A stretch of 64,000 bases of DNA from NCBI GenBank assembly GCA_965223325.1, contig CBDCWI010000002.1, positions 1,792,001 through 1,856,000 of the forward strand, in the 5' to 3' direction. The translations under genes were made by a program, and so were the position numbers. Positions 20,356 through 29,028 of the stretch are shown here, piece by piece. Source of the DNA: Candidatus Multivoradales bacterium. GTDB taxonomy: Bacteria > Acidobacteriota > Thermoanaerobaculia > Multivoradales > Multivoraceae. How positions within the stretch are numbered: position 1 is the stretch's first letter; every line of letters starts with the position of its first letter. The notes beneath the pieces were generated by a model. The model made no database searches. It was not told the DNA's origin and saw nothing but the letters and a program-made list of their open reading frames with translations.

Positions 20356-20859
20356 ATGCAAAGAAGAGCCACACCTCTCAAGGTAGCGCTGCTGGTGGCA
20401 GCGACTCTCGGAACTGCTTCGACCGTCCTCGCGCAGGACGACGACACCGCAGCGACCGAGACCAACAAGAAGATGAGCGAAACCGCATCCGAGCCCGCCG
20501 ACACCCAGGTCACCCTCGGCGGAATGCGAGTGAGTATCGATCCCGTCACTGGCGATCTCCGGCCGTTGACGCCGGCGGAGGCCAACCGCATGGCGCGCGA
20601 AATGCGTCAGATGTTCGCGCCCCGCACGCTCGGTGAACCCATCGAAAGGCGTGATGGAACGAGGTCGCTGGTGGTAGCACCCAATGTTCTACGTTTCTCC
20701 GTAGCGCGCATCGGAGAGGACGGCCGCGCCGAGATCGACTGTGTCGACGGGGAAGAGAGCGCCACCGAGTTCCTGGGAACTCCCGCGACACCTTCTCTGG
20801 ACACCCTCGAGCCGCACCACCACGGCCAACGTTCCGACTCCGAAACCCAGGAGCAATGA
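20356..20859 (+). CDS. Secreted small protein, post-PEP-CTERM-1-like domain
   Basis: Signal peptide; GMRVSIDPVTGDLRPLTPAE...RRDGT...FSVARIGEDGRAEIDCV; ATGA-coupled to the peptidase. Confidence 0.7.
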   Translation: MQRRATPLKVALLVAATLGTASTVLAQDDDTAATETNKKMSETASEPADTQVTLGGMRVSIDPVTGDLRPLTPAEANRMAREMRQMFAPRTLGEPIERRDGTRSLVVAPNVLRFSVARIGEDGRAEIDCVDGEESATEFLGTPATPSLDTLEPHHHGQRSDSETQEQ

Positions 20860-22604
20860 CAATGAAGGTAAACCGTCAAAAGGCGAGCTTCTTCTTGGCA
20901 GCCATCGCGATCTTCTGCCTCACCGCCGTACCAGCCACGGCGGCCGACATCGTGCTCAACATCGTCGACCCACCGGGCGTGGGCTTCAATGATCCAACCG
21001 CGGTCGCTCCCATCGGCGGCAACCCCGGCACCACCCTCGGCGAGCAGCGCCGCATTGTCTTCGAGGCTGCGGCAGCCATCTGGGAGGCGACTCTCAGTCC
21101 GAAGGTCGACATCGTCATCCAGTCGAGCTTCGCGCCGCTCTCTTGTAGCGCAACCTCTGGCGTCCTCGGAGCCGCCGGCACGATTCAGATCTTCGCCAAC
21201 TACCCCGACGCAGAGTGGCCCAACACCTGGTACCACTCGGCCCTCGCCAACCACATCACCGGCGCGGATCTGACTCCCGGTGCACCCGACCCGGGCCTGC
21301 TCGTACCGCCCTTCAATGACGACATCGTGGCGTTCTTCAACGGCGACATCACCGGCAACAACCCCGACTGTCTGGCCGGCCTTTCCTGGTACAACGGTCT
21401 CGACAACAACGCCGCTGCGAACGAGTTTGATCTGCTCAACGTCGTGCTGCACGAGTTCGGTCATGGCCTCGGCTTTGCGAACTTCACCGACGACGCCAAG
21501 GGCACGGTGATCGCCGGCTTCTCCGACATCTACTCCGTCTTCAGCTACGACAACACTCAGGGGCTGTACTGGAATCAGATGGACAAGCGGCAGCGCGCTG
21601 CCTCGGCCGTCAACGGTCCGGAGCTCGTCTGGCGCGGTCCGAACGTCTACGCCGACGCACCGACCGAGCTCGCCGGGCTGCCGGTGGTCCGGGTCAACGC
21701 GCCGGGCGGTATTGCCGGAGACTTCACCGCTCAGGCGGCAAGCTATGGCGTGCCGCTACCCGATCCGCCGGGGGTCACCGCAGATGTCGCGCTCTACGAC
21801 GATGGAACGGGCCCTGACCCCAACGACGCCTGTGACCTCTTCCTCGACCCCGGTGTGACGGGCAAGATCGCGCTCATCAACCGCGGCAGCTGCAACTTCG
21901 CCTTGAAGTCGGCTCTGGCGCAGCTGAGCGGTGCGGTCGGGGTAATCATCACCAACAACCAGCCGACCGGCCTGCCACCGATGGGAGGCGTAGACCTCGT
22001 TCCGCCGACCATCTCGTCGGTTGGCATCTCGATGGCCGACGGCGACACCCTGAAGGCCAACCTTCCAGGTGCCAACGTCTCGCTGCTTGCCGACCGCGGC
22101 CTCGGGCTCTCAGGAGCCGATGCCTTCGGCTTCCCGAAGCTCTACGCACCCAACCCGGTGCAGCCCGGCTCGTCGGTGTCCCATTGGGACACCTCACTGA
22201 CACCGAACGCTCTCATGGAGCCGTTCATCAGCGCCGATCTCGAGGGAGCAACGACGCTCGACCTGACACCGGCTCTGATGACCGATATCGGCTGGTCCGG
22301 TGGTCCCCACTGCCCGGTCGGTTCAGACGACCGGGCAAGCGTCGAGGTCGCCGGCTGCAGTACCGGCGTCGCCAACACCTTCGGGCCGTTCGGCTACTCA
22401 GGCGGGGACAACAAGGTCAACGGCAACGCCAACGGCGTCGATTCGAACGGCGGCTGCTATATCCAGGACCTGGTCAACGCCTGCCTCGGGCAAGGCAACT
22501 CGGGTGCGATCGCCAGCTGCCTGGCCGGTGTCGCCAACCACCTCGAAGCGGAGGGTACCTTGACGCATGCCGAGGGCTCGGCGATCAAGTCCTGCTCGCC
22601 CTGA
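20856..22604 (+). CDS. Secreted zinc metallopeptidase with inserted PA domain
   Basis: HEFGHGLG, PA domain (GKIALINRGSCNFALK), distal SSVSHWD and LMEP Met-turn-like motif, Cys-rich C-terminus. Confidence 0.88.
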   Translation: MTMKVNRQKASFFLAAIAIFCLTAVPATAADIVLNIVDPPGVGFNDPTAVAPIGGNPGTTLGEQRRIVFEAAAAIWEATLSPKVDIVIQSSFAPLSCSATSGVLGAAGTIQIFANYPDAEWPNTWYHSALANHITGADLTPGAPDPGLLVPPFNDDIVAFFNGDITGNNPDCLAGLSWYNGLDNNAAANEFDLLNVVLHEFGHGLGFANFTDDAKGTVIAGFSDIYSVFSYDNTQGLYWNQMDKRQRAASAVNGPELVWRGPNVYADAPTELAGLPVVRVNAPGGIAGDFTAQAASYGVPLPDPPGVTADVALYDDGTGPDPNDACDLFLDPGVTGKIALINRGSCNFALKSALAQLSGAVGVIITNNQPTGLPPMGGVDLVPPTISSVGISMADGDTLKANLPGANVSLLADRGLGLSGADAFGFPKLYAPNPVQPGSSVSHWDTSLTPNALMEPFISADLEGATTLDLTPALMTDIGWSGGPHCPVGSDDRASVEVAGCSTGVANTFGPFGYSGGDNKVNGNANGVDSNGGCYIQDLVNACLGQGNSGAIASCLAGVANHLEAEGTLTHAEGSAIKSCSP

Positions 22605-22632
22605 GCGGGCCTCGGCCTGACGGCAGACACCA

Positions 22633-22664
22633 GGGGGGCGGCACCACCGGTGCCGCCCTCTTTC
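22633..22664 (+). terminator. Intrinsic terminator hairpin
   Basis: GGGGGCGGCACC-ACC-GGTGCCGCCCTC followed by TTT, between convergent genes. Confidence 0.7.
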
Positions 22665-22709
22665 ATGTCCCGATGAATGAACGGCCGCGGCCCCTTCGAA
22701 CAGCGCGGA

Positions 22710-24365
22710 TCAACCCTCGGAGGGGTCTGCCCAGAAGGTGAGCTGGTTCTCGAAGCCTGAGCTGAAGATCGGTCGACGCTCGTCGAGATGTTGCAGGAGT
22801 GGCACCGCGTCCCAGAAGTCGATCTGGTCGGCGTCGCGGGTGTAGGCAACGATCAGTGAGAGCGGGCGACCGTCCAGGAGCTCCTCCGGGATCTCGAAGA
22901 CCGGAACCGAAGTCTTCGACCCGAAGTCGAGAGCCGCGATCAGACGCTCATAGCCGTTGTCGGTCTCGTCGGCATCGAGGCCGTAGATCTCCTCGCCGGC
23001 CGCAAGGTAGACATCGAGGACCGAAATCCCAGCGACCGCCGGGCGGGTGTAGACCTTGACCTCGACAACCGGGTTGCCACTGACGGAGCGCAGCGAGCGG
23101 CGGCGGAGACGACAGGGAATGCAGGGGCCACTGCCAGGAGTCGGCTGATTGGTGTCGTGCGTTACCCGCGGTCGCGAGGTTGGCAACGTCAAGTCGAGCG
23201 GCTCGGCGGTCATCTCGAGCGGATAGTCGTACGGGATGCCCCCAGTGGCGTTGACTGTTTCGGGGTCGAGCCCGACGGCGCGGTAGAAGAGGTCGTCGAT
23301 CTCGTCGAAACGAGAGTTCAGATACGGCACGCCGTCCGCGGTGAGGTAGAAGCCATCGGGACCGATCGACATCGACACAAGGAGAGGATCGTCGGCGATC
23401 AGTTGGTCGATCGAGCCGGGATGGGCGTCGTCCCACTTCGACAGCCAGGCCGTGAGCACCGAGTTCGCAAACGAGCTGCCGGCGGGCAACGACCAGTAGG
23501 TCTGTCCCCACGACGCCTGAATAGGGATGATCAGCCCTGCCCCTGGCAGGAGTGCGTCGTAGCCGCTCGGGGTTTCGGCCGAGGGTTCGACAGTACCGGT
23601 CGGCCAGTGCAGGTTGAGATCAAGCCCGCCGACCGCCAGGGTCGAAGGATCGGAGGCCGGGAAAAGGAGCTCGTCGTGATTTCCCGCCGCGGCCAGCACC
23701 AGGACGCCAAGGTCACTTCTCAGATACTCGAGGACGCGGTGGATCTCGCAGCGAATGCTGTCACCGCCCGAGCATGGCTCGGTCTCGAGGAGCCTCCCGA
23801 AGCTCAAGTTCAAGAGCTTGTGCGGTACTTCGGCTTCAACGACTCTGCACAGCTGCTCGAGTACATGCAGGTCGGTGGCGCCCGGAAGCGCCTGGGTCGT
23901 GGTCAAGCCAGGATCGTCGAGGTAGTAGAACTTGGGTGCCGGGGCCCCCATCATCACGAACGACTTGCGCACCCACTCGCCATGGTTACCCTGGCCCCAG
24001 TCGATGGCCGCCACCTTCTTGTGGAAGATCCGGCCCTCGGCGTCACAGTCGAGGCATGCGTCGCGATCGGCATCACTGGCGTCGCGCTCGCTATCGACGA
24101 CCAACAAAGGGTCGTCCTCGGCCGATGCCAGGGTCTCACACCCCTCGGGGCCACCGATGAGCTCGCGAGTGCTGCCAAAGGTGTAGGTGCCCATGCCGCC
24201 GCACGACAACGTCTCGGTGCTTCCCCGCAGGTTGCACTCTGGACCGCGACGCGCCCAGGAAACCTCCTGGGCCATGCCAGCACTGACTGCGAGCCAGAAA
24301 CTGAGTAAAAGCGCCGGAGAGATGCGCGCTGGAAGTTTGCGATGGGGGTTCGGGAGCATGAGCAA
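22710..24365 (-). CDS. Divergent secreted subtilase (S8 family)
   Basis: VAAIDWG (Asp), NHGEWV (His), AAAGNH (oxyanion Asn), AGSSFA (Ser); C-terminal IFSSGFE motif. Confidence 0.75.
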   Translation of the reverse strand: MLMLPNPHRKLPARISPALLLSFWLAVSAGMAQEVSWARRGPECNLRGSTETLSCGGMGTYTFGSTRELIGGPEGCETLASAEDDPLLVVDSERDASDADRDACLDCDAEGRIFHKKVAAIDWGQGNHGEWVRKSFVMMGAPAPKFYYLDDPGLTTTQALPGATDLHVLEQLCRVVEAEVPHKLLNLSFGRLLETEPCSGGDSIRCEIHRVLEYLRSDLGVLVLAAAGNHDELLFPASDPSTLAVGGLDLNLHWPTGTVEPSAETPSGYDALLPGAGLIIPIQASWGQTYWSLPAGSSFANSVLTAWLSKWDDAHPGSIDQLIADDPLLVSMSIGPDGFYLTADGVPYLNSRFDEIDDLFYRAVGLDPETVNATGGIPYDYPLEMTAEPLDLTLPTSRPRVTHDTNQPTPGSGPCIPCRLRRRSLRSVSGNPVVEVKVYTRPAVAGISVLDVYLAAGEEIYGLDADETDNGYERLIAALDFGSKTSVPVFEIPEELLDGRPLSLIVAYTRDADQIDFWDAVPLLQHLDERRPIFSSGFENQLTFWADPSEG

Positions 24366-24478
24366 AGGGATACAAGATAAAATAGCTAAATCGAAACATT
24401 GCTATATTACCACGCCCTCCGCGTATCGCCGCCCTGCAGCGGCGACGCGACCCAAGGAATCCTAGAATCACCCCAGTC

Positions 24479-24522
24479 AATCGCCCGGGAATCGCCCGGG
24501 AATCGCCCGGGAATTGCCCGGG
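24479..24522. repeat. 11-bp tandem repeat x4 (AATCGCCCGGG)
   Basis: Three perfect copies plus AATTGCCCGGG immediately 3' of proA. Confidence 0.9.
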
Positions 24523-24533
24523 GTGGGCGCGGG

Positions 24534-25829
24534 TTAGCGCGTCTGGCCGGTGCCGCGGACTTTGTACTTGTACGAGGTGAGTTCTTCGAGCCCCATGGGG
24601 CCGCGGGCGTGGAGGCGATCGGTGCTGATGCCGATCTCGGCACCGAAACCGAACTCGCCGCCGTCGTTGAAGCGTGTCGAGGCGTTGCACAGGACGACGG
24701 CGGAGTCGACGTCGCGCATGAACTGCTGGGCGGTGTCTTCGTCGTCGGTGACGATGACGTCGGTGTGGTGTGAACCGTAGCGCTCGATGTGGTCGATGGC
24801 GGACTCGAGACCGTCGACGACGCGAACGGCGAGGACCAGGTCGAGGTACTCCGCGGTCCAGTCCTCCTCGCTGGCGACCAACGCCTCGGGCACGAGCTCC
24901 CGCACCCGCTCGTCACCGCGCAACTCGACGCCCGCCTCCTGCACGACCTGGGCGTGAACGGGCAGAAACAGAGCCGCCACGTCGCGGTGCACCAGCAGGG
25001 TCTCGAGGGCGTTGCACACGCCCGGCCGCTGGACCTTGGAGTTCAGTACCAGCTCGCCTGCCATCTCGAGATTGGCCGCCTTGTCGACGTAGAGGTGGCA
25101 GACGCCGTCGTAGTGTTTGATGACCGGCATGCGGGCGTGTGCGACCACGGTTTCGATGAGTTGATGGCCGCCGCGCGGAATGATGAGGTCGAGTGCGTCG
25201 TCGAGCTCGCACATGGCCCGCACAGCAAAGCGATCGGTGCGCGGCACGAGCTGGATACTGCCCACCGGCAGGCCGGCGGGTTCACCGCCCTCCTGGAGGG
25301 CTTCGGCAAGCGCCAGGTTGGTGTGAATCGCCTCGGACCCACCGCGCAGGAGCGTCGCGTTGCCCGACTTGAAGCACAGCGCCGCCGCGTCGCAAGTGAC
25401 GTTGGGGCGCGACTCGTAGATCATCCCGATCACCCCGATCGGCACGCGCACCTTTTCGAACTCGAGCCCATTGGGTCGCGTCCAGGTGCGCAAGACGTCG
25501 CCGACCGGGTCGGGCAGGTCAGCAACCGAGCGCACCGCGCCCGCGACCTCGGCCAGGCGACCCTCGTCGAGGCGCAGTCGATCGAGCATCGCCGCCGACA
25601 GCCCCTTCTTCCGGCCCGCGTCGAGGTCGCGCTCGTTGGCGGTGACGATGACGGGAGTTCTCGCGAGCAGTTCGTCGGCCATCGCCTGCAGAACCCGGTC
25701 TTTGACGGCACGGTCGAGTTGGCGAAGGGTGCGGGCCGCGGTCTTGGCTCGCTTCCCCATGCCAACAAGGAGCGCACGCAGTTCGGCCGAGCCCGACGGC
25801 GTCTCGAGTGAGGCCTCGCGAGCACTCAT
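24534..25829 (-). CDS. proA: Gamma-glutamyl phosphate reductase
   Basis: IYESRPNVT, LRGGSEA, CNALETLL, NASTRFNDGGEFGFGAEIGIST..HARGPMGLEELT. Confidence 0.97.
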   Translation of the reverse strand: MSAREASLETPSGSAELRALLVGMGKRAKTAARTLRQLDRAVKDRVLQAMADELLARTPVIVTANERDLDAGRKKGLSAAMLDRLRLDEGRLAEVAGAVRSVADLPDPVGDVLRTWTRPNGLEFEKVRVPIGVIGMIYESRPNVTCDAAALCFKSGNATLLRGGSEAIHTNLALAEALQEGGEPAGLPVGSIQLVPRTDRFAVRAMCELDDALDLIIPRGGHQLIETVVAHARMPVIKHYDGVCHLYVDKAANLEMAGELVLNSKVQRPGVCNALETLLVHRDVAALFLPVHAQVVQEAGVELRGDERVRELVPEALVASEEDWTAEYLDLVLAVRVVDGLESAIDHIERYGSHHTDVIVTDDEDTAQQFMRDVDSAVVLCNASTRFNDGGEFGFGAEIGISTDRLHARGPMGLEELTSYKYKVRGTGQTR

Positions 25830-26662
25830 GGTGCTTTGGATCCTGAGGTGGTCAGGTTGGCCTGCCGGGTCTCTTTCGGCCGCTGGGCAGGGAACCGGGT
25901 ACCCATCTGGTCACCGCGAATCGCCGCCGCCAGGACTCCCGGGGTACGACCGTTGCCAATCACTGCCTCGATGCCTGATGTGACCGCGCGCTCGACGGCC
26001 TGGAGCTTGGTCGCCATACCTCCCACCGAACGCGCGCCGTGGTTGTCACCCGCATAGGCACGTACCGCGTCGATGTTTTCGACCACGGTCAAAACCTCGC
26101 CGTTGCCATCGGGTGACCTGGTCAGGCCATCGACGCTGGTGAGCATGACCAAAAGGTCGGCGTCCGAGAGCACCGCGACCTCAGCCGACAGGTGATCGTT
26201 GTCGCCAAAGCGCAGCTCCTCGACCGCCACCGAGTCGTTCTCGTTGATGATCGGCACGACGCCGAGATCGAGCAGGCGCGCCACCGTATGACGAGCGTTG
26301 TTGTAGCGAATCCGCGAGTCGAGATCTGAGTGGGTCAAGAGAAGCTGGGCGACCTTGACGCCGCGCGCGCGAAAAGCGCGATCCCAGGACTTCATGAGGA
26401 GCGACTGCCCGATCGCCGAACAGGCCTGCAGCGTGGCCAGCTCGCCCGGTCGTTCGCCGAGCCCGAGCTCCATGGCACCGGCGGCGACCGCCCCACTCGA
26501 GACCAACACGCAGCGATGGCCGGCCTCTACCTCGGCGACGACCTCCAGGGCCAGAGCATCGATCTGCTGGTCGTCGAGTGCCAGGCCATCGAGGCGTGCG
26601 AGCACGCCACTTCCGAACTTGATGACAAGGGTCAGCGGCTCAGTGCCAGGGGGTAGGGACAT
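25826..26662 (-). CDS. proB: Glutamate 5-kinase (short form, no PUA domain)
   Basis: VIKFGS, VSSGAV, IINENDSV, FGDNDHLSA, GGMATKL; ATGA-coupled to proA. Confidence 0.95.
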   Translation of the reverse strand: MSLPPGTEPLTLVIKFGSGVLARLDGLALDDQQIDALALEVVAEVEAGHRCVLVSSGAVAAGAMELGLGERPGELATLQACSAIGQSLLMKSWDRAFRARGVKVAQLLLTHSDLDSRIRYNNARHTVARLLDLGVVPIINENDSVAVEELRFGDNDHLSAEVAVLSDADLLVMLTSVDGLTRSPDGNGEVLTVVENIDAVRAYAGDNHGARSVGGMATKLQAVERAVTSGIEAVIGNGRTPGVLAAAIRGDQMGTRFPAQRPKETRQANLTTSGSKAP

Positions 26663-26769
26663 GGGGCCGAATTGTATCCAGCCGCCGCCGATTCAGCAGT
26701 TGTAGAAGCGCTCAACCAAAGGCCCAGCGCGCTCAACCAGAGCGACCTCGAACAACGCCGCGTGGGCCC

Positions 26770-27447
26770 CTAGCGGCCCGCCGCCTCGAGGCGCCCGATC
26801 CAGCGGCGATACCCGGCCACTGGTTGCGCTCCCATCACCACCCCGACTCCTCCCGCCTGGCGAACCGCCGGCACCCCGCCCGCACCATGCTCAATGGCTT
26901 CGCGGTGGTCGGCGACGATCTCTGCGGCGATCTCTTCACCGAGGGCGGTATGAAAGGGCTCTTCGAAGCGCTCGGCCGGGAAACCCGCCTCGCCCCACAA
27001 GGCGCGGAGTGTCGGCTCACTGGTGATGTCTCGATTGTGTTGGAAGTAGGCCTCGAGCAGGCTCCAGTGGAGGGACTTCCAGGCAACGGGATCGATGCGC
27101 CACGCGGCCTTGGACAGCAGGTGCGGCGGAACACTGTGCGAAGGCGGCCCCTCGTCGCTCGCCCAGACCCTGAAGCCGGCGGATGGCTCCTCCTCGGCGG
27201 GACGCTCCCACGACTGCGTATAGCGCTTGAACTTCTCGAGCGAGCGACCGGCGTCAGGCTGCGGACGCAGGAGAAAGCTCTTCCACTCGAGCCTCAGCCG
27301 TTCAGGCCCCATCTCATCTTCGATCTCTCGCAGGCGGACCGCCGCGACCAGGCACCACGGTCACAGATAGTCGGAGTAGACCACCAGATGAACTGGCTTC
27401 GAACTCCTCACCTCTTCGTTCACGGATTCGTTCGTCGATTCGTTCAC
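26770..27447 (-). CDS. DsbA/FrnE-like thioredoxin-fold selenoprotein (Sec at codon 29, UxxC)
   Basis: From GTG 27447 (GGAGG RBS): ...HLVVYSDYL-UGA(27363-27361)-PWCLVAAVRL in frame with the 180-aa track ORF (SFLLRP, GAGGVPAV, GAQP). DsbA/FrnE homologs have D-x-x-C-P-W-C. Confidence 0.85.
27328..27347 (-). promoter_or_regulatory. Bacterial SECIS-like hairpin
   Basis: UCGC-GGCG-[GUC]-CGCC-U-GCGA stem-loop; the apical loop starts with GU, 21 nt after the UGA. Confidence 0.65.
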
Positions 27448-27569
27448 GGAAACCCCCCTTCCTCCCGGCTGACCTCTCACAGAGGGACGAACGATCAAGG
27501 TATCAGGTAGTGCGTTGCATGGCCTATGTTTGTGGCACGATGACGAGCGGGCAAAGGAGGTCCGGAGGC

Positions 27570-27953
27570 ATGAAGCGGATCAACATAGAGGGCGCGCCGG
27601 CTGCGATCGGCCCCTACTCGCACGCCGTACGGAGCGGCAATCTGCTCTTTCTCTCCGGGCAGACGCCGGTCGATCCCGAGACCGGCAGCCTCGTCGGCGA
27701 AGACATCAGTGCTCAGACCCATCGCGTGTTCGACAACCTCGCAATCGTCCTCGCAGGCTCGGGGCTGACACTCTTCGACGTCGTCAAGACGAATGTCTAT
27801 CTCCGCAGCATGGACGACTTCGCCGAAATGAACGCTGTCTACGCCAAGCGCTTCGGAGATCATCGACCGGCTCGCACGACCGTGGCGGTCAAGCAGAATC
27901 CGCTCGACGCACGGGTCGAGATCGAGTGCGTCGCTGAGCTCGAAGGCTCTTGA
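27570..27953 (+). CDS. ridA: RidA/YjgF family enamine deaminase
   Basis: APAAIGPYSHAV, LSGQTP, VVKTNVYL, MNAVY, RPARTTV, VEIECVA; GGAGG RBS. Confidence 0.9.
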   Translation: MKRINIEGAPAAIGPYSHAVRSGNLLFLSGQTPVDPETGSLVGEDISAQTHRVFDNLAIVLAGSGLTLFDVVKTNVYLRSMDDFAEMNAVYAKRFGDHRPARTTVAVKQNPLDARVEIECVAELEGS

Positions 27954-27974
27954 CCTGATCGAGGCGGCTACCGT

Positions 27975-28883
27975 TTGACCACCAATGACAACCAGAACCC
28001 GGCGGGCACCCCCGAGGCCGAAGTCGAGATCAATTGTTCGCTGGTGCGAGACCTGCTCACCGAGCAGCATCCCGATCTGGCCGACGAAGCCATCCTCCCG
28101 GCCGCGAACGGCTGGGACAACAAGATGTTTCGCCTCGGTGAAGAGCTGGCGGTGCGCCTCCCGCGGCGACGCGTCGCCGCTCGCTTGATCGAGCACGAGC
28201 AGCGCTGGCTGCCCGAGATCGCAAGGCGCGTCCCAGTCGCCGTCCCCACACCAGTGCGTGTGGGCCGACCAGGGTCGGGTTTCCCGTGGAAGTGGAGCGT
28301 CATTCCGTGGGTCCAGGGAACGTCGACCGACCAACAACCCCTCGGCGAGGACCAGGCCGCCGCCTTCGGCTCGTTTCTGCGCCAGCTCCACCTACCCGCA
28401 CCACCCACAGCACCAGCGAACCCCTACCGCGGCGTTGCGCTCGCCGAACGCGACGCGACCTTGCAAGGGCGCCTCCAACGCCTCGCGCAACGCCACCTCG
28501 GGGTCGACTGGGATGCCGTTGGGCGCGCCTGGAAGGAGGGCCTCGAGGCCTCGAAGTCATCGCGCACGGTGTGGATTCACGGCGACCTTCATCCGCGCAA
28601 CGTGATCGGTCGAGGGGGAGCACTGGCTGCCGTGATCGATTGGGGCGACCTCACCTCGGGTGACAGAACCACCGATCTCGCCGCCGCGTGGATGCACTTC
28701 CCGAACCAGGCGCACCTCGCATTCTGGTCAGCCTACGGCGAACCGTCGCCCAACCTCGTCGTTCGAGCGCGCGCCTGGGCAGTCTTCTTTGGCGTCGTGC
28801 TCCTCGAAACCGGCCTCATAGACGACGAGATCTTCGCGCGGGTGGGAAAGCAAACCCTCGAACGAGCCACCGCCTACCGGTAG
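27975..28883 (+). CDS. Aminoglycoside phosphotransferase (APH)-family kinase
   Basis: GWDNKMFRLG, RLPRR, HGDLHPRNV, VIDWGD. Confidence 0.9.
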   Translation: MTTNDNQNPAGTPEAEVEINCSLVRDLLTEQHPDLADEAILPAANGWDNKMFRLGEELAVRLPRRRVAARLIEHEQRWLPEIARRVPVAVPTPVRVGRPGSGFPWKWSVIPWVQGTSTDQQPLGEDQAAAFGSFLRQLHLPAPPTAPANPYRGVALAERDATLQGRLQRLAQRHLGVDWDAVGRAWKEGLEASKSSRTVWIHGDLHPRNVIGRGGALAAVIDWGDLTSGDRTTDLAAAWMHFPNQAHLAFWSAYGEPSPNLVVRARAWAVFFGVVLLETGLIDDEIFARVGKQTLERATAYR

Positions 28884-29028
28884 CGGAACCGGGGCAGCGA
28901 AGCGACCGGCTAGACTGGGACGACTCCCCCACAACCCGCTGCGGTTCCATCGGTGATGCCAGGCTTCTCCCGACCGCCGAGGGCCATTGAACCTTCTTCG
29001 ACCCACCGACCGCATTCGGAGTGCCGCC

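Noticed and set aside
24479-24522. Short repeats here and at 30721 and 52798 as CRISPR arrays
   Set aside because: Units are 11-15 bp, head-to-tail with no spacers, and there are no cas genes.
27975-28883. APH-family genes (also 50438-51373), the beta-lactamase-family gene and the MBL gene as antibiotic resistance determinants
   Set aside because: Motifs support only superfamily membership; none resembles a specific characterised resistance enzyme.
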